From assembly GCF_947494125.1 (NCBI RefSeq), contig NZ_CANLTU010000014.1, positions 2,177 to 66,176 of the forward strand: a stretch of DNA of 64,000 nt. The letters are read 5' to 3'. Every line of letters starts with the position of its first letter. Position 1 is the first letter of the stretch. This DNA is from an uncultured Tenacibaculum sp. (GTDB lineage: Bacteria; Bacteroidota; Bacteroidia; Flavobacteriales; Flavobacteriaceae). The notes below the pieces were generated by a model. The model saw only the letters and a list, made by a program, of their open reading frames with translations. It was not told the origin of the DNA and ran no database searches. A program made the translations under genes and the position numbers. Below are positions 9,406-18,812 of the stretch, piece after piece.

Positions 9406-11024
9406 TATGAATACATTTTATCTCTTAATTCTTTTACTTTAGGATCTCCTAAATACTCATCAAATGTAGAGTATTTGTCAATTACCCCTTTTGGTGTAAT
9501 CTCAATAATTCTATTTGCTACTGTTTGTGCAAACTCATGATCATGAGTTGAGAATAATACTGTTCCTTTGAAATTGATTAAAGAATTATTTAATGATTGA
9601 ATAGATTCTAAATCTAAGTGATTTGTAGGCTCATCTAACATAACAATATTAGCTCTAGTCATCATCATACGAGATAACATACAACGTACTTTTTCTCCTC
9701 CTGACAATACATTACTTTTCTTCAAAGCTTCTTCTCCTGAAAAAATCATTTTACCTAAGAAACCTCTTAAAAACACTTCTTCTCTTTCTTCTTCAGTTTG
9801 AGCATATTGTCGTAACCAATCTACTAAATCTAACTCACCGTTTTGAAAAAAAGATGAATTATCTGATGGTAAATATGATTGTGTTGTGGTAACTCCCCAA
9901 TTGTATTTTCCAGAATCAGCTTCTTCGTTACCTGAAATAATTTGGTAAAAAGTAGACACTGCTTTAGAATTTTTTGAAATAATAGCTACCTTATCCCCTT
10001 TATTTAAATTAATATCAACATTAGCAAATAAAGCTTCTCCTTCAAAAGATTTTGACAATCCTTCTATATTTAATATCTGATCTCCTGCTTCTCTATCTCT
10101 ATCAAAAATAATTGCTGGATAACGACGGCTAGAAGGTTTAATTTCATCAACATTTAGCTTATCTATCATCTTCTTACGTGAAGTAGCTTGTTTAGACTTA
10201 GCCATATTTGCCGAAAAACGACGAATGAATTCTTCTAATTCTTTCTTTTTATCCTCTGCTTTCTTGTTTTGTTGTGCTCTCTGTTTTGCTGCTAACTGAC
10301 TAGACTCATACCAAAACGTATAGTTTCCTGAAAAATGATTAATCTTCGCAAAATCAATATCAGAAATATGTGTACAAACCGCATCTAAAAAGTGACGGTC
10401 ATGCGATACGACGATTACTGTATTATCAAAATTAGCTAAAAAATTCTCTAACCAAGCGATTGTTTCAAAATCTAAATCATTCGTCGGTTCATCCATTATT
10501 AACACATCAGGATTACCAAATAAAGCTTGAGCTAATAATATCCGTACTTTCTTTTTAGATTCTAAATCGGCTAATAATGTATAATGATCTGCTTCTTTAA
10601 TTCCTAAATTAGATAAAAGTGTCGCTGCAGCAGAGTCGGCATTCCAACCATCCATTTCTTCAAAACGAACCTGTAACTCTCCTATTTTTTCTGCATTTTC
10701 ATCAGTATAATCAGCATATAAAGCATCAATTTCTGATTTAATTTTATGCAATTCTTTATTTCCCATTAAAACAGCTTCTAAAGTAGTATACTCATCAAAA
10801 GCATAATGATCTTGGGTTAAAACTGACATTCTTTTTCCAGGCTCTAAATGAACATGACCAGATGTTGCATCTTGCTTACCTGATAAAATCTTTAAAAAAG
10901 TAGATTTCCCTGCTCCATTTGCTCCGATAATCCCGTAGCAATTTCCTTGAGTAAATTTAGTATTCACTTCATCAAATAAAACACGTTTACCAAACTGAAC
11001 TGATAAATTAGAAACTGATAACAT
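9405..11024 (-). CDS. ybiT: ABC-F family ATP-binding translation factor (YbiT-like)
   Basis: Two ABC domains (GANGAGKST; LSGGEKVR, DEPTNHLD), an inter-domain linker and no TM segments. Confidence 0.88.
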   Translation of the reverse strand: MLSVSNLSVQFGKRVLFDEVNTKFTQGNCYGIIGANGAGKSTFLKILSGKQDATSGHVHLEPGKRMSVLTQDHYAFDEYTTLEAVLMGNKELHKIKSEIDALYADYTDENAEKIGELQVRFEEMDGWNADSAAATLLSNLGIKEADHYTLLADLESKKKVRILLAQALFGNPDVLIMDEPTNDLDFETIAWLENFLANFDNTVIVVSHDRHFLDAVCTHISDIDFAKINHFSGNYTFWYESSQLAAKQRAQQNKKAEDKKKELEEFIRRFSANMAKSKQATSRKKMIDKLNVDEIKPSSRRYPAIIFDRDREAGDQILNIEGLSKSFEGEALFANVDINLNKGDKVAIISKNSKAVSTFYQIISGNEEADSGKYNWGVTTTQSYLPSDNSSFFQNGELDLVDWLRQYAQTEEEREEVFLRGFLGKMIFSGEEALKKSNVLSGGEKVRCMLSRMMMTRANIVMLDEPTNHLDLESIQSLNNSLINFKGTVLFSTHDHEFAQTVANRIIEITPKGVIDKYSTFDEYLGDPKVKELRDKMYS

Positions 11025-11205
11025 TTATATTTTTTTAAATTCCGTGCAAAAGTAAAAAATATACTAATGCAAAAAGAATTTGCAAAGAAATATTTAACAT
11101 CTTACTTTTGACGCTTTTAATTCTTTTAACAACGAATTAACAGCTTGATTATATAGAGATGTCTATTTTTGAACACTATATCTTTATCAAGATAACAACA
11201 AGAAC

Positions 11206-12561
11206 ATGATTAGAAATTACATATATATATTATTAATTATTTTTATTGGATGTAATGATTCAAAAGCACCAAAATCTACTTTTTTTGGAGGCAAAATTAT
11301 TAATCCTAAATGTAGTTATGTAACACTTTCTGATAATTACAATTTTAATGATACTATCTATTTAAAAAAAGATAATAGCTTCATAGGTACTTATAAGAAT
11401 TTAAAAGAAGGATTATACTTTTTTAAACATGGACCAGAACATCAATATGTTTATCTTGAACCAAAAGATAGTTTACTTTTTCGATTAAATACTTGGAACT
11501 TTGATGAATCCTTAGTTTTTAGTGGTGATAATGCAGAGCGAAATAATATTCTAATTGAGTCTTTTTTACAAAACGAGCAAGAAGAAAAATATATTTCAAG
11601 GCTTTATAAACTACCTCAAGAAGATTTTATAAAAAAAATTGACTCAATTAAAAATATAAGACAAGCCATTGTAGACAAATACAAAAAGAATAACAATAAT
11701 TTATCTGAAAAGTTTATTGAAATACTTAACATAGCTTTACTATATCCTATTTATAATTACAAAGAAAAATACGCCATTGACAACTATGCTAAGAATACAC
11801 CTGAAAAATTAGTTGATTCTTATTTTGCCTATCGCAAAAACACCAACTCTAAAAAAGATTCTTTAATTTTTTATGGCCCATATTATAGATTTGTTATTGA
11901 CAAATTATATAATGATGTTTATCTTAAAAATTTAAATTCAACTCCCGAAAACTTTACTGTTGACCTTTTAAATAATATTGATTCACAAATATCTTCTGAA
12001 GAAATAAAAAACAAACTTTTATACAATACTTTAGTTCGCCGTTTTTTTAATGATCCAAAAAATAAGAATGAAGCTTTTTTCACCTTTTTTAAATTGAATA
12101 CTAATATCAATCAAAAGAAAAATATTCAACGCTTAAAAAATGATCTTAAATTATTAAATACAGGTGATAAAATTCCACCTTTTGACTTAATTGATGCTAC
12201 CGGAGAAATAAAAAACATTTCTCAAATTATAAAAGGGAAAAGCGCAGTTATTTTACTAAAAAACTACAAGTATGCCTCTGATGAGTGGGTATCTTCTCGT
12301 ATTAATTATTTAATAAAAAATAATCCTAATACAAGCTTTGTTGTTGTGAACTTATGCAATGACACAAAAAGATATACCAAAAACATTGATATTAAATATC
12401 AATACACCTTACCTAATAAAAGTGCTGTTTGTAATTTTTCTTCAAGTAAATTTCCACGTATGATACTCATTGACAAACAAGGTATTATCAAAAATGGATA
12501 TACTAGTTTATCTGCTAAAGACATAAACCTACAAGTCAGTGATTTACAAAAAATCAAATAA
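11206..12561 (+). CDS. Lipoprotein with C-terminal thioredoxin/TlpA-like fold, no CxxC motif
   Basis: Lipobox FIGC; C-terminal GDKIPPFDLID...FPRMILIDKQGII redoxin-like pattern. Confidence 0.65.
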   Translation: MIRNYIYILLIIFIGCNDSKAPKSTFFGGKIINPKCSYVTLSDNYNFNDTIYLKKDNSFIGTYKNLKEGLYFFKHGPEHQYVYLEPKDSLLFRLNTWNFDESLVFSGDNAERNNILIESFLQNEQEEKYISRLYKLPQEDFIKKIDSIKNIRQAIVDKYKKNNNNLSEKFIEILNIALLYPIYNYKEKYAIDNYAKNTPEKLVDSYFAYRKNTNSKKDSLIFYGPYYRFVIDKLYNDVYLKNLNSTPENFTVDLLNNIDSQISSEEIKNKLLYNTLVRRFFNDPKNKNEAFFTFFKLNTNINQKKNIQRLKNDLKLLNTGDKIPPFDLIDATGEIKNISQIIKGKSAVILLKNYKYASDEWVSSRINYLIKNNPNTSFVVVNLCNDTKRYTKNIDIKYQYTLPNKSAVCNFSSSKFPRMILIDKQGIIKNGYTSLSAKDINLQVSDLQKIK

Positions 12562-12587
12562 ATTTCTTTGATTTATATAAATTACTA

Positions 12588-12595
12588 TATCTTTG
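12588..12595 (+). promoter_or_regulatory. -7 promoter element of the DEAD-box helicase gene
   Basis: TATCTTTG with an upstream TTTG at 12567-12570, implying a 5' UTR of about 130 nt. Confidence 0.6.
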
Positions 12596-12732
12596 CGCGA
12601 TTTTATTTTCGAAATAAAATGAAATTTAGATTATTAACTACCAGATTATTAGCCATATAATCTATTGTCCAAAATAAGAATCAGGTTTACAGATACTGGC
12701 GTCTGTGAATCTAAAAGAACACAGACGTATAT

Positions 12733-14553
12733 ATGTCAACATTTTTAGATTTAGGCTTAAAAGAGCCTATCAATAAAGCATTAACAGATTTAGGTTATGA
12801 AAAGCCTACTGTAATTCAAGAAAAAGCAATTCCTCAAATTATTTCATCTACGGCTGATTTAAAAGCATTCGCTCAAACTGGAACTGGAAAAACTGCTGCA
12901 TTTAGTTTGCCAATTATCGAGCAAATAAATTCTTCAGATAAAAACACTCAAGCTATTATCTTATCTCCTACTCGTGAACTTGCTGTTCAAATAGGAAATA
13001 ATATTAAAGAGTTCTCTAAATACATACCAGACTTAAAAGTGGTAACTGTATATGGTGGTTCTAATATTGAAGAACAAATAAGAGGCTTAAAAAGAGGAGC
13101 GCAAATAGTAGTTGGAACTCCAGGAAGAACTGTCGATTTAATTAATCGTAGAGCTTTAAAATTAGGAAACGTAAAATGGTTAGTCTTAGATGAAGCAGAT
13201 GAAATGCTTAACATGGGGTTTAAAGATGAGTTAGATAAAGTATTAGATGCTACTCCTGAAACTAAACAAACCTTATTGTTTTCTGCAACATTCCCTAGAG
13301 AAGTAGAAGCAATAGCTCGTAATTACATGACCAATCCTGTTGAAATTACTTCAGGAGAAAAAAACCAAGGTTCAGATAACGTAACTCATCAATACTATGT
13401 AGTAAACGAAAGAACACGTTACCAAGCCTTAAAAAGAATTGCAGATGTTAATACTGATATTTATGCAATTATTTTCTGTAGAACTAGAAGAGAAACACAA
13501 GAAGTTGCTAATAACTTAATAAAAGATGGTTATAGTGCTGATGCGTTACATGGAGACTTATCTCAACAACAAAGAGATAGTGTTATGGGTAAATTCCGTA
13601 AGAAAACTATTCAAATTTTAGTGGCAACTGATGTTGCTGCACGTGGTTTAGATGTTACAGAATTAACGCATGTAATAAACCACAAATTACCAGACCAAAT
13701 AGAAAACTATAATCACCGTAGTGGTAGAACTGGTAGAGCTGGTAACAAAGGTATTTCTGTTGTTTTAGTAAACAATAAAGAAAAAGGTAGATTACGTTCG
13801 ATTGAACGTATTATCAAGAAAAAATTTGAAGCTAAAAAAGTACCTACTGGTAAAGAAATTTGCCAAAATCAATTAATGCATTTAATTGAAAAGGTAAAAG
13901 CTACAGAGGTTAACAATGAACAAATTGAAGAATTCTTACCTAGTATCTATGAGAAATTAGAAGAATTAACTAGAGAAGAATTAATACAAAAATTCGTTTC
14001 ATTAGAATTTAATAAATTTTTAAGTTATTACAACAAATCTGCAGATTTAAACGATTTATCGTCATCTAGAGATAGTTCTAGAGGTAGATCTAATGATGAA
14101 AACATGACTCGTTTCTTCATCAATTTAGGAAGAAAAGATAGTTTGAATCCAGCTTCGTTAATTGGATTAATTAACGATCAAAAAATTGCTGATAAAGTTG
14201 AAATAGGCGCTATTGATATTTTAGATACTTTTTCTTTCTTTGAAATAGACAAAAACTTTGAAAAAGAAACATTAGACGCTTTTGGCTCTAACGATCCCGA
14301 TTTTAACGGAAGATCTGTTAATATTGAAATTACTAAATCTAACCGTGGTGGCGGTGGCGGAAGAAGATCTCGTAGCGGCGGTGGTGGATTCAGTGGAAAA
14401 AGAAGAAGTGGTGGAAACGATAGAGGTCATAGAGGCTCTAGAGGTGGAGATTCTAGAAGACGTAGTAGTGATGGCGGATCTAATTCTCCAAGAAGAAGTA
14501 GCGGCGATAGCAATGCTTCTTCAGGATTTGGAAGAAAACGTAAAAGAGATTAA
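12733..14553 (+). CDS. deaD: DEAD-box RNA helicase, DeaD/CsdA type with DbpA RNA-binding domain and Gly/Arg/Ser-rich tail
   Basis: AQTGTGKT, PTRELA, GTPGR, DEAD, SAT and HRSGRTGRAG motifs; C-terminal RNA-binding domain and RGG tail. Confidence 0.9.
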   Translation: MSTFLDLGLKEPINKALTDLGYEKPTVIQEKAIPQIISSTADLKAFAQTGTGKTAAFSLPIIEQINSSDKNTQAIILSPTRELAVQIGNNIKEFSKYIPDLKVVTVYGGSNIEEQIRGLKRGAQIVVGTPGRTVDLINRRALKLGNVKWLVLDEADEMLNMGFKDELDKVLDATPETKQTLLFSATFPREVEAIARNYMTNPVEITSGEKNQGSDNVTHQYYVVNERTRYQALKRIADVNTDIYAIIFCRTRRETQEVANNLIKDGYSADALHGDLSQQQRDSVMGKFRKKTIQILVATDVAARGLDVTELTHVINHKLPDQIENYNHRSGRTGRAGNKGISVVLVNNKEKGRLRSIERIIKKKFEAKKVPTGKEICQNQLMHLIEKVKATEVNNEQIEEFLPSIYEKLEELTREELIQKFVSLEFNKFLSYYNKSADLNDLSSSRDSSRGRSNDENMTRFFINLGRKDSLNPASLIGLINDQKIADKVEIGAIDILDTFSFFEIDKNFEKETLDAFGSNDPDFNGRSVNIEITKSNRGGGGGRRSRSGGGGFSGKRRSGGNDRGHRGSRGGDSRRRSSDGGSNSPRRSSGDSNASSGFGRKRKRD

Positions 14554-14564
14554 TACACAATCTC

Positions 14565-14610
14565 TAAGTAACAAAAAAACAGCTCAATTGAGCTGTTTTT
14601 TTGTTACTTA
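14565..14610. terminator. Bidirectional terminator, perfect 46-bp palindrome
   Basis: taagtaacaaaaaaacagctcaa|ttgagctgtttttttgttactta between convergent deaD and SPFH genes. Confidence 0.9.
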
Positions 14611-14622
14611 AGTTTTATAAAC

Positions 14623-15462
14623 TTATTGATTTCCTAAAATAATTGGCATTCCGCTTTTACCAGCTCCAATTAATACTACTTTACTATTTGGAGATTGTGA
14701 TAATTTCAAAGTAGCTTCAATACCTTTATCTTGTAATATTTTATCTGTTAAAGATGCACTTAGAATTTTGTTTGCATCAGCCTTACCTTTTGCTTCAATT
14801 ATTTGTTTTTCTGCTTCTTTTTGAGCAGTAACTAATCTAAACTCATATTCTAAAGATTCTTGTTCTTGTTTTAATTTACGTTCAATTGCTTCTTTAATTG
14901 TTGATGGTAAAGTTACATCTCTAACTAATACTTCATTTAACTGAATATGTTGCTTATCTAATATTTTTCTTGTTTCTTCAAAAATTTCTGTTTGAATTAC
15001 ATCTCTTTTACTAGAATATAATTGTTCCGGAGTATAACGACCAACAACACTACGAGCTGCAGAACGAATAGCTGGTTGAATAACTCTAGAGATATAATTT
15101 TCTCCTTTTTCTTGATGTAACAAACCTATTTTTTCTGTTTGTGGTTGAAACCAAGCCGAAGCTTCTAATTGAATTTCTAATCCATTAGATGATAAAACCT
15201 GCATTTTTTCAAATATTTCTTGTTGACGTACTTCGTAAACAAAAACTTTATTCCAAGGTGCTACAATTTGAAATCCTTCGCCCAAAGCTGGCTCATCTGT
15301 TACTACTCCCCCTCCAAATGTTTTATATAAAACTCCGGCTTGTCCAGATTTTATAGTTACTGTTGATTTTGAAAAAAGTATGATTCCTATTACTGCTAAT
15401 ATCCCTATAAAGAAAATACCCTTTGGTAATTTAAAGTCTAGTTGTTGTCTATTATTATTCAT
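14623..15462 (-). CDS. SPFH/prohibitin (band 7) family membrane protein
   Basis: N-terminal TM; GEGFQIVAPWNKV, IRSAARSVVGRY and AIERKLKQEQE coiled coil; own -7 element TATTTTTG at 15488-15481. Confidence 0.9.
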   Translation of the reverse strand: MNNNRQQLDFKLPKGIFFIGILAVIGIILFSKSTVTIKSGQAGVLYKTFGGGVVTDEPALGEGFQIVAPWNKVFVYEVRQQEIFEKMQVLSSNGLEIQLEASAWFQPQTEKIGLLHQEKGENYISRVIQPAIRSAARSVVGRYTPEQLYSSKRDVIQTEIFEETRKILDKQHIQLNEVLVRDVTLPSTIKEAIERKLKQEQESLEYEFRLVTAQKEAEKQIIEAKGKADANKILSASLTDKILQDKGIEATLKLSQSPNSKVVLIGAGKSGMPIILGNQ

Positions 15463-15493
15463 TTTTATTTTTATTTATCTCAAAAATACTGAA

Positions 15494-17473
15494 TTAATTC
15501 TCATTATAGCGTAACAATCGTAATGCATTAAAAACAACTAATAATGTTGAACCTTCATGAATTAATACTGCTGGACCAATTTTTGCAAATCCAAATAAAG
15601 TTGCTGGTATTAAAATAGCCACAATACCTAAACTCATCCATAAATTCTGTTTAATTATTGTTTTTGACTTTCTACTTAAACCAATTACAAACGGTAAATT
15701 TTCAATTTTATCACTCATTAAGGCTACATCGGCAGTTTCTAAGGCTACATCACTTCCTGCTGCTCCCATTGCTATTCCAACAGTACTATTCGCCATTGCT
15801 GGGGCATCGTTTACTCCATCTCCAACCATTGCTATTTTAGTATCTCGCAATTTTAATTCTTGAATGGCTGCAACTTTATCTTCTGGCAATAAATTCCCTT
15901 TTACTTCTGTTAATCCTATTTGTTTTGCTATTGAATCTCCTACATTTTGATGATCTCCAGTTAGCATCACCATTTTCTTAATACCTATCTCTTTTAATCT
16001 TTTCAATGTATTTTTAGCCGATTCCCTTGGAACATCCATTACACTTAATAATCCAATTAGTTCGGTTTGATATGCTACTAACATTACAGTTTGTCCATTT
16101 TGAAGTAATTCTTTCATTGAATTTTCAACTTCCTCTGAAATAGCAATGTTTTTATCTGTCATTAACTTTTCATTACCTATAAATACTTTTTTTTCTTTAT
16201 AGTTTGCTGAAATACCTTTTCCTTGTATTGCTTTTATATTTGATGCTTTGTTTGAATTTTCAATCGAAAATTGTTCTTTTATATCTTTTGATATTGCTTT
16301 TGCTAATGGATGATTACTTAAACTCTCAACTGATAGAACTATATTTAAAAACTCTTTTCTATCAAAATTATTTAAAGAAATTGCATTGGTTAACTTTGGT
16401 TTTCCTTCTGTTAAAGTTCCTGTTTTATCAAAAGCTATAGTAGTTAAACTTCCTAAATCTTCTAAAGCCCTTCCTCCTTTTATCAATACACCACTTTTCG
16501 CTGCTCTTGCTACACCACTTAATACTGCACTTGGAGTTGATATTGCTAAAGCACATGGACTCGCGGCAACTAATACTGTAATTGCTCTGTATAAACTTTC
16601 ATTAAAAGTTTCATCGATTATTAAATAAGCAAAACATAAAGAAATTACCAAAACGATTACCATTGGTACAAACCATTTTTCAAACTTTTTAGTAAGCAAC
16701 TGTGTTGGTGATTTTTGAGTCTCTACTTCACTCACCATTTTTACTAATCGAGATATAGTGCTATCTACGCTTAATTTTAGCACTTTAACCTCCAATACAT
16801 TGTTTCCATTTATTGTTCCTGTATACACTACATTTTCAGTATCAATATTGTCAAAATCTAGCAATTTACTGGTATCTAAAACTGCTGTTTTATCTACTGG
16901 CATACTCTCTCCTGTTATAGAAGCTTGGTTTATACTACTGCTTCCTTTTACAATAACACCATCTGCTGCTATTTTTGTATTTGGTTTAACTACAATTACA
17001 TCATTTATTTTTAATTCTTCTACAGTTATTTCAATAATTAAATTTTCTCTTTTAACCAAGGCTGTTTTCGGTGATAATTCACCCAATGCTTCTATAGATT
17101 TTTTAGCTTTATTCATTGCATAATTTTCCAATGCATGTCCTATACTAAATAGAAATAGTAACAAGGCTCCTTCTTCCCATTTACCTATATAACCTGCACC
17201 AACAGCAGCTATAAGCATTAAAAAATCAATTTCAAATTGTCCTTTTCGAATCTTTTCTATGGCTTCTTTAGTTGTAAACCAACCTCCAAAAATAAAAGCA
17301 CTTATAAAATTAATTAAAGCATAACTTTCTGATAAATTAGTTGCTTTCTCTATAATTAAACCAGCAAAGAAAAATACCCCACTTAAAATTGCAAAATAAA
17401 GTTCTGTTTTCTCTCCCAATATACCTTCATGTTTGTGGTAATGATGTTGATTTTTAGAATGTTTTTCAGGCAT
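15494..17473 (-). CDS. cadA: Heavy-metal-translocating P1B-type ATPase (Zn/Cd/Co; CadA/ZntA-like)
   Basis: TGES, SPC in the transmembrane metal site, DKTGTLT, HP and GDGVNDAPA motifs; His-rich N-terminus HHYHKHEG. Confidence 0.9.
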   Translation of the reverse strand: MPEKHSKNQHHYHKHEGILGEKTELYFAILSGVFFFAGLIIEKATNLSESYALINFISAFIFGGWFTTKEAIEKIRKGQFEIDFLMLIAAVGAGYIGKWEEGALLLFLFSIGHALENYAMNKAKKSIEALGELSPKTALVKRENLIIEITVEELKINDVIVVKPNTKIAADGVIVKGSSSINQASITGESMPVDKTAVLDTSKLLDFDNIDTENVVYTGTINGNNVLEVKVLKLSVDSTISRLVKMVSEVETQKSPTQLLTKKFEKWFVPMVIVLVISLCFAYLIIDETFNESLYRAITVLVAASPCALAISTPSAVLSGVARAAKSGVLIKGGRALEDLGSLTTIAFDKTGTLTEGKPKLTNAISLNNFDRKEFLNIVLSVESLSNHPLAKAISKDIKEQFSIENSNKASNIKAIQGKGISANYKEKKVFIGNEKLMTDKNIAISEEVENSMKELLQNGQTVMLVAYQTELIGLLSVMDVPRESAKNTLKRLKEIGIKKMVMLTGDHQNVGDSIAKQIGLTEVKGNLLPEDKVAAIQELKLRDTKIAMVGDGVNDAPAMANSTVGIAMGAAGSDVALETADVALMSDKIENLPFVIGLSRKSKTIIKQNLWMSLGIVAILIPATLFGFAKIGPAVLIHEGSTLLVVFNALRLLRYNEN

Positions 17474-17523
17474 GTTTTTTGTTTCTTAATTGACATCATT
17501 ATTTATATAAAGATGCATTTTGT

Positions 17524-17562
17524 TTGAGGTATCTTAGATTTTTAAAACCTAAGATACCTCAA
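17524..17562. repeat. 14-bp perfect inverted repeat between czcB and the P-type ATPase
   Basis: ttgaggtatcttag / ctaagatacctcaa with an 11-nt loop; no U-tract on the transcribed (minus) strand. Confidence 0.8.
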
Positions 17563-17573
17563 TTATTTTTTAA

Positions 17574-18770
17574 TTAATGTGCATGTCCTTCCATTACTCC
17601 TGCCTGTTGCAGTAATTTACCTTTTAAGAAATGTGCTCCTTTGGTAACTATTTTAATATTAAAGTTATTATCCTGAATCGTTTTTATTTCTACAAACCCA
17701 TTGTCAGTATTCCCTAGTGTCACTTCTAATGGTATAAATTCTTCATTACTCTCTGCCTTAAAAATAAAACTTTCACCTTCATTATCTATAATTGCTTCTT
17801 CTGGAACAGCAAAAACTTCTTTACCTGCTAATAAGACTTGTGCATTGATAAACATTCCTGATTTTAAACGATTTTCTTCATCTTCAAAATGACCGTGTAC
17901 GTTTACTGTTTTAGTTTTTTCATCTACTTTTTGGCTAATTAATTTTATATATCCTTCATATTTTATATCCAAACCAGATGGAATAAAAATAAAATCATCT
18001 CCTTTTTTAATTTTAGTAATATCAGTACCAAAAACATTCAATTCAGCATGCATATGATCATTATCTATAATTTCCATCATTTCACTATTCGCAGCTAAAA
18101 ACATTCCTTTATTTAAATTATTTTCAACAATATAGCCTTCAATTGGAGCTTTTACGTAAACATATTGTTGAATTCCATTTTTAGCTACAGTTTTAGGTGA
18201 CAATCCTGCCATTTTTAATTGAGATGCATAACTACTTGTTAAACTCTTTGCTGAACGATAGATTCCTTCAGTAATTTGAAATGATTTTTTTGAAGTAATA
18301 TCGCTTTCTAATAGCATCTTTTTACGATTATAATCTGCTGTTGCTACATTTAAATTATTTATAGCTTCTAAGTATGCATATTGTAACTTTATAAAGTTTG
18401 GATGTTGCAATACTGCAATTGTTTGCCCTTTACGAACTTTGTCTCCTGGTAACAAGTCTGTTTTAAACACAAATGCTTCCATAGGTGCATATACTGTTGC
18501 TTTACTCTGCGGAGGTACTTCAATAGTACCCGTTACTTCTACTCTATCTCTAATTTTCTTTTTAGCTATACTTTCTACTTTTATCTTAGCTATTTCTAAT
18601 TGTGCTTTCGTTAAATGGATTTCATTTTCGTTGTGCTCTTCTTCAATAACAGCCGATTTTGTTTCTTTATTTTTTTCTTCTAAAGCATGGTCATGCCCTG
18701 AATGATCTTCTTTTTTTGAACTACAACTAATTGCTATAATTGTAATTAATACTAAAAATATTTTTTTCAT
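17574..18770 (-). CDS. czcB: RND efflux periplasmic adaptor (CzcB/CusB-like), lipoprotein with His-rich N-terminus
   Basis: Lipobox AISC; HSGHDH; VKAPIEGYI hairpin motif; AVPEEAI; directly downstream of czcA. Confidence 0.9.
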   Translation of the reverse strand: MKKIFLVLITIIAISCSSKKEDHSGHDHALEEKNKETKSAVIEEEHNENEIHLTKAQLEIAKIKVESIAKKKIRDRVEVTGTIEVPPQSKATVYAPMEAFVFKTDLLPGDKVRKGQTIAVLQHPNFIKLQYAYLEAINNLNVATADYNRKKMLLESDITSKKSFQITEGIYRSAKSLTSSYASQLKMAGLSPKTVAKNGIQQYVYVKAPIEGYIVENNLNKGMFLAANSEMMEIIDNDHMHAELNVFGTDITKIKKGDDFIFIPSGLDIKYEGYIKLISQKVDEKTKTVNVHGHFEDEENRLKSGMFINAQVLLAGKEVFAVPEEAIIDNEGESFIFKAESNEEFIPLEVTLGNTDNGFVEIKTIQDNNFNIKIVTKGAHFLKGKLLQQAGVMEGHAH

Positions 18771-18812
18771 TTTATAATGTCTTTTACTTTTAAATACTTA
18801 AAAGTCTATATG

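Noticed and set aside
14330-14553. GC-rich repetitive segment as foreign DNA or a repeat element
   Set aside because: It is explained by Gly/Arg/Ser codons of the disordered DEAD-box helicase tail.
14282-14611. 109-aa plus-strand ORF overlapping the deaD 3' end
   Set aside because: It is an alternate-frame shadow of the low-complexity tail and runs through the terminator.
14623-15493. SPFH gene as the last member of the metal-efflux operon (31-nt gap after the ATPase)
   Set aside because: A consensus -7 element (TATTTTTG, 15488-15481) lies in the gap, so independent transcription is at least as likely.
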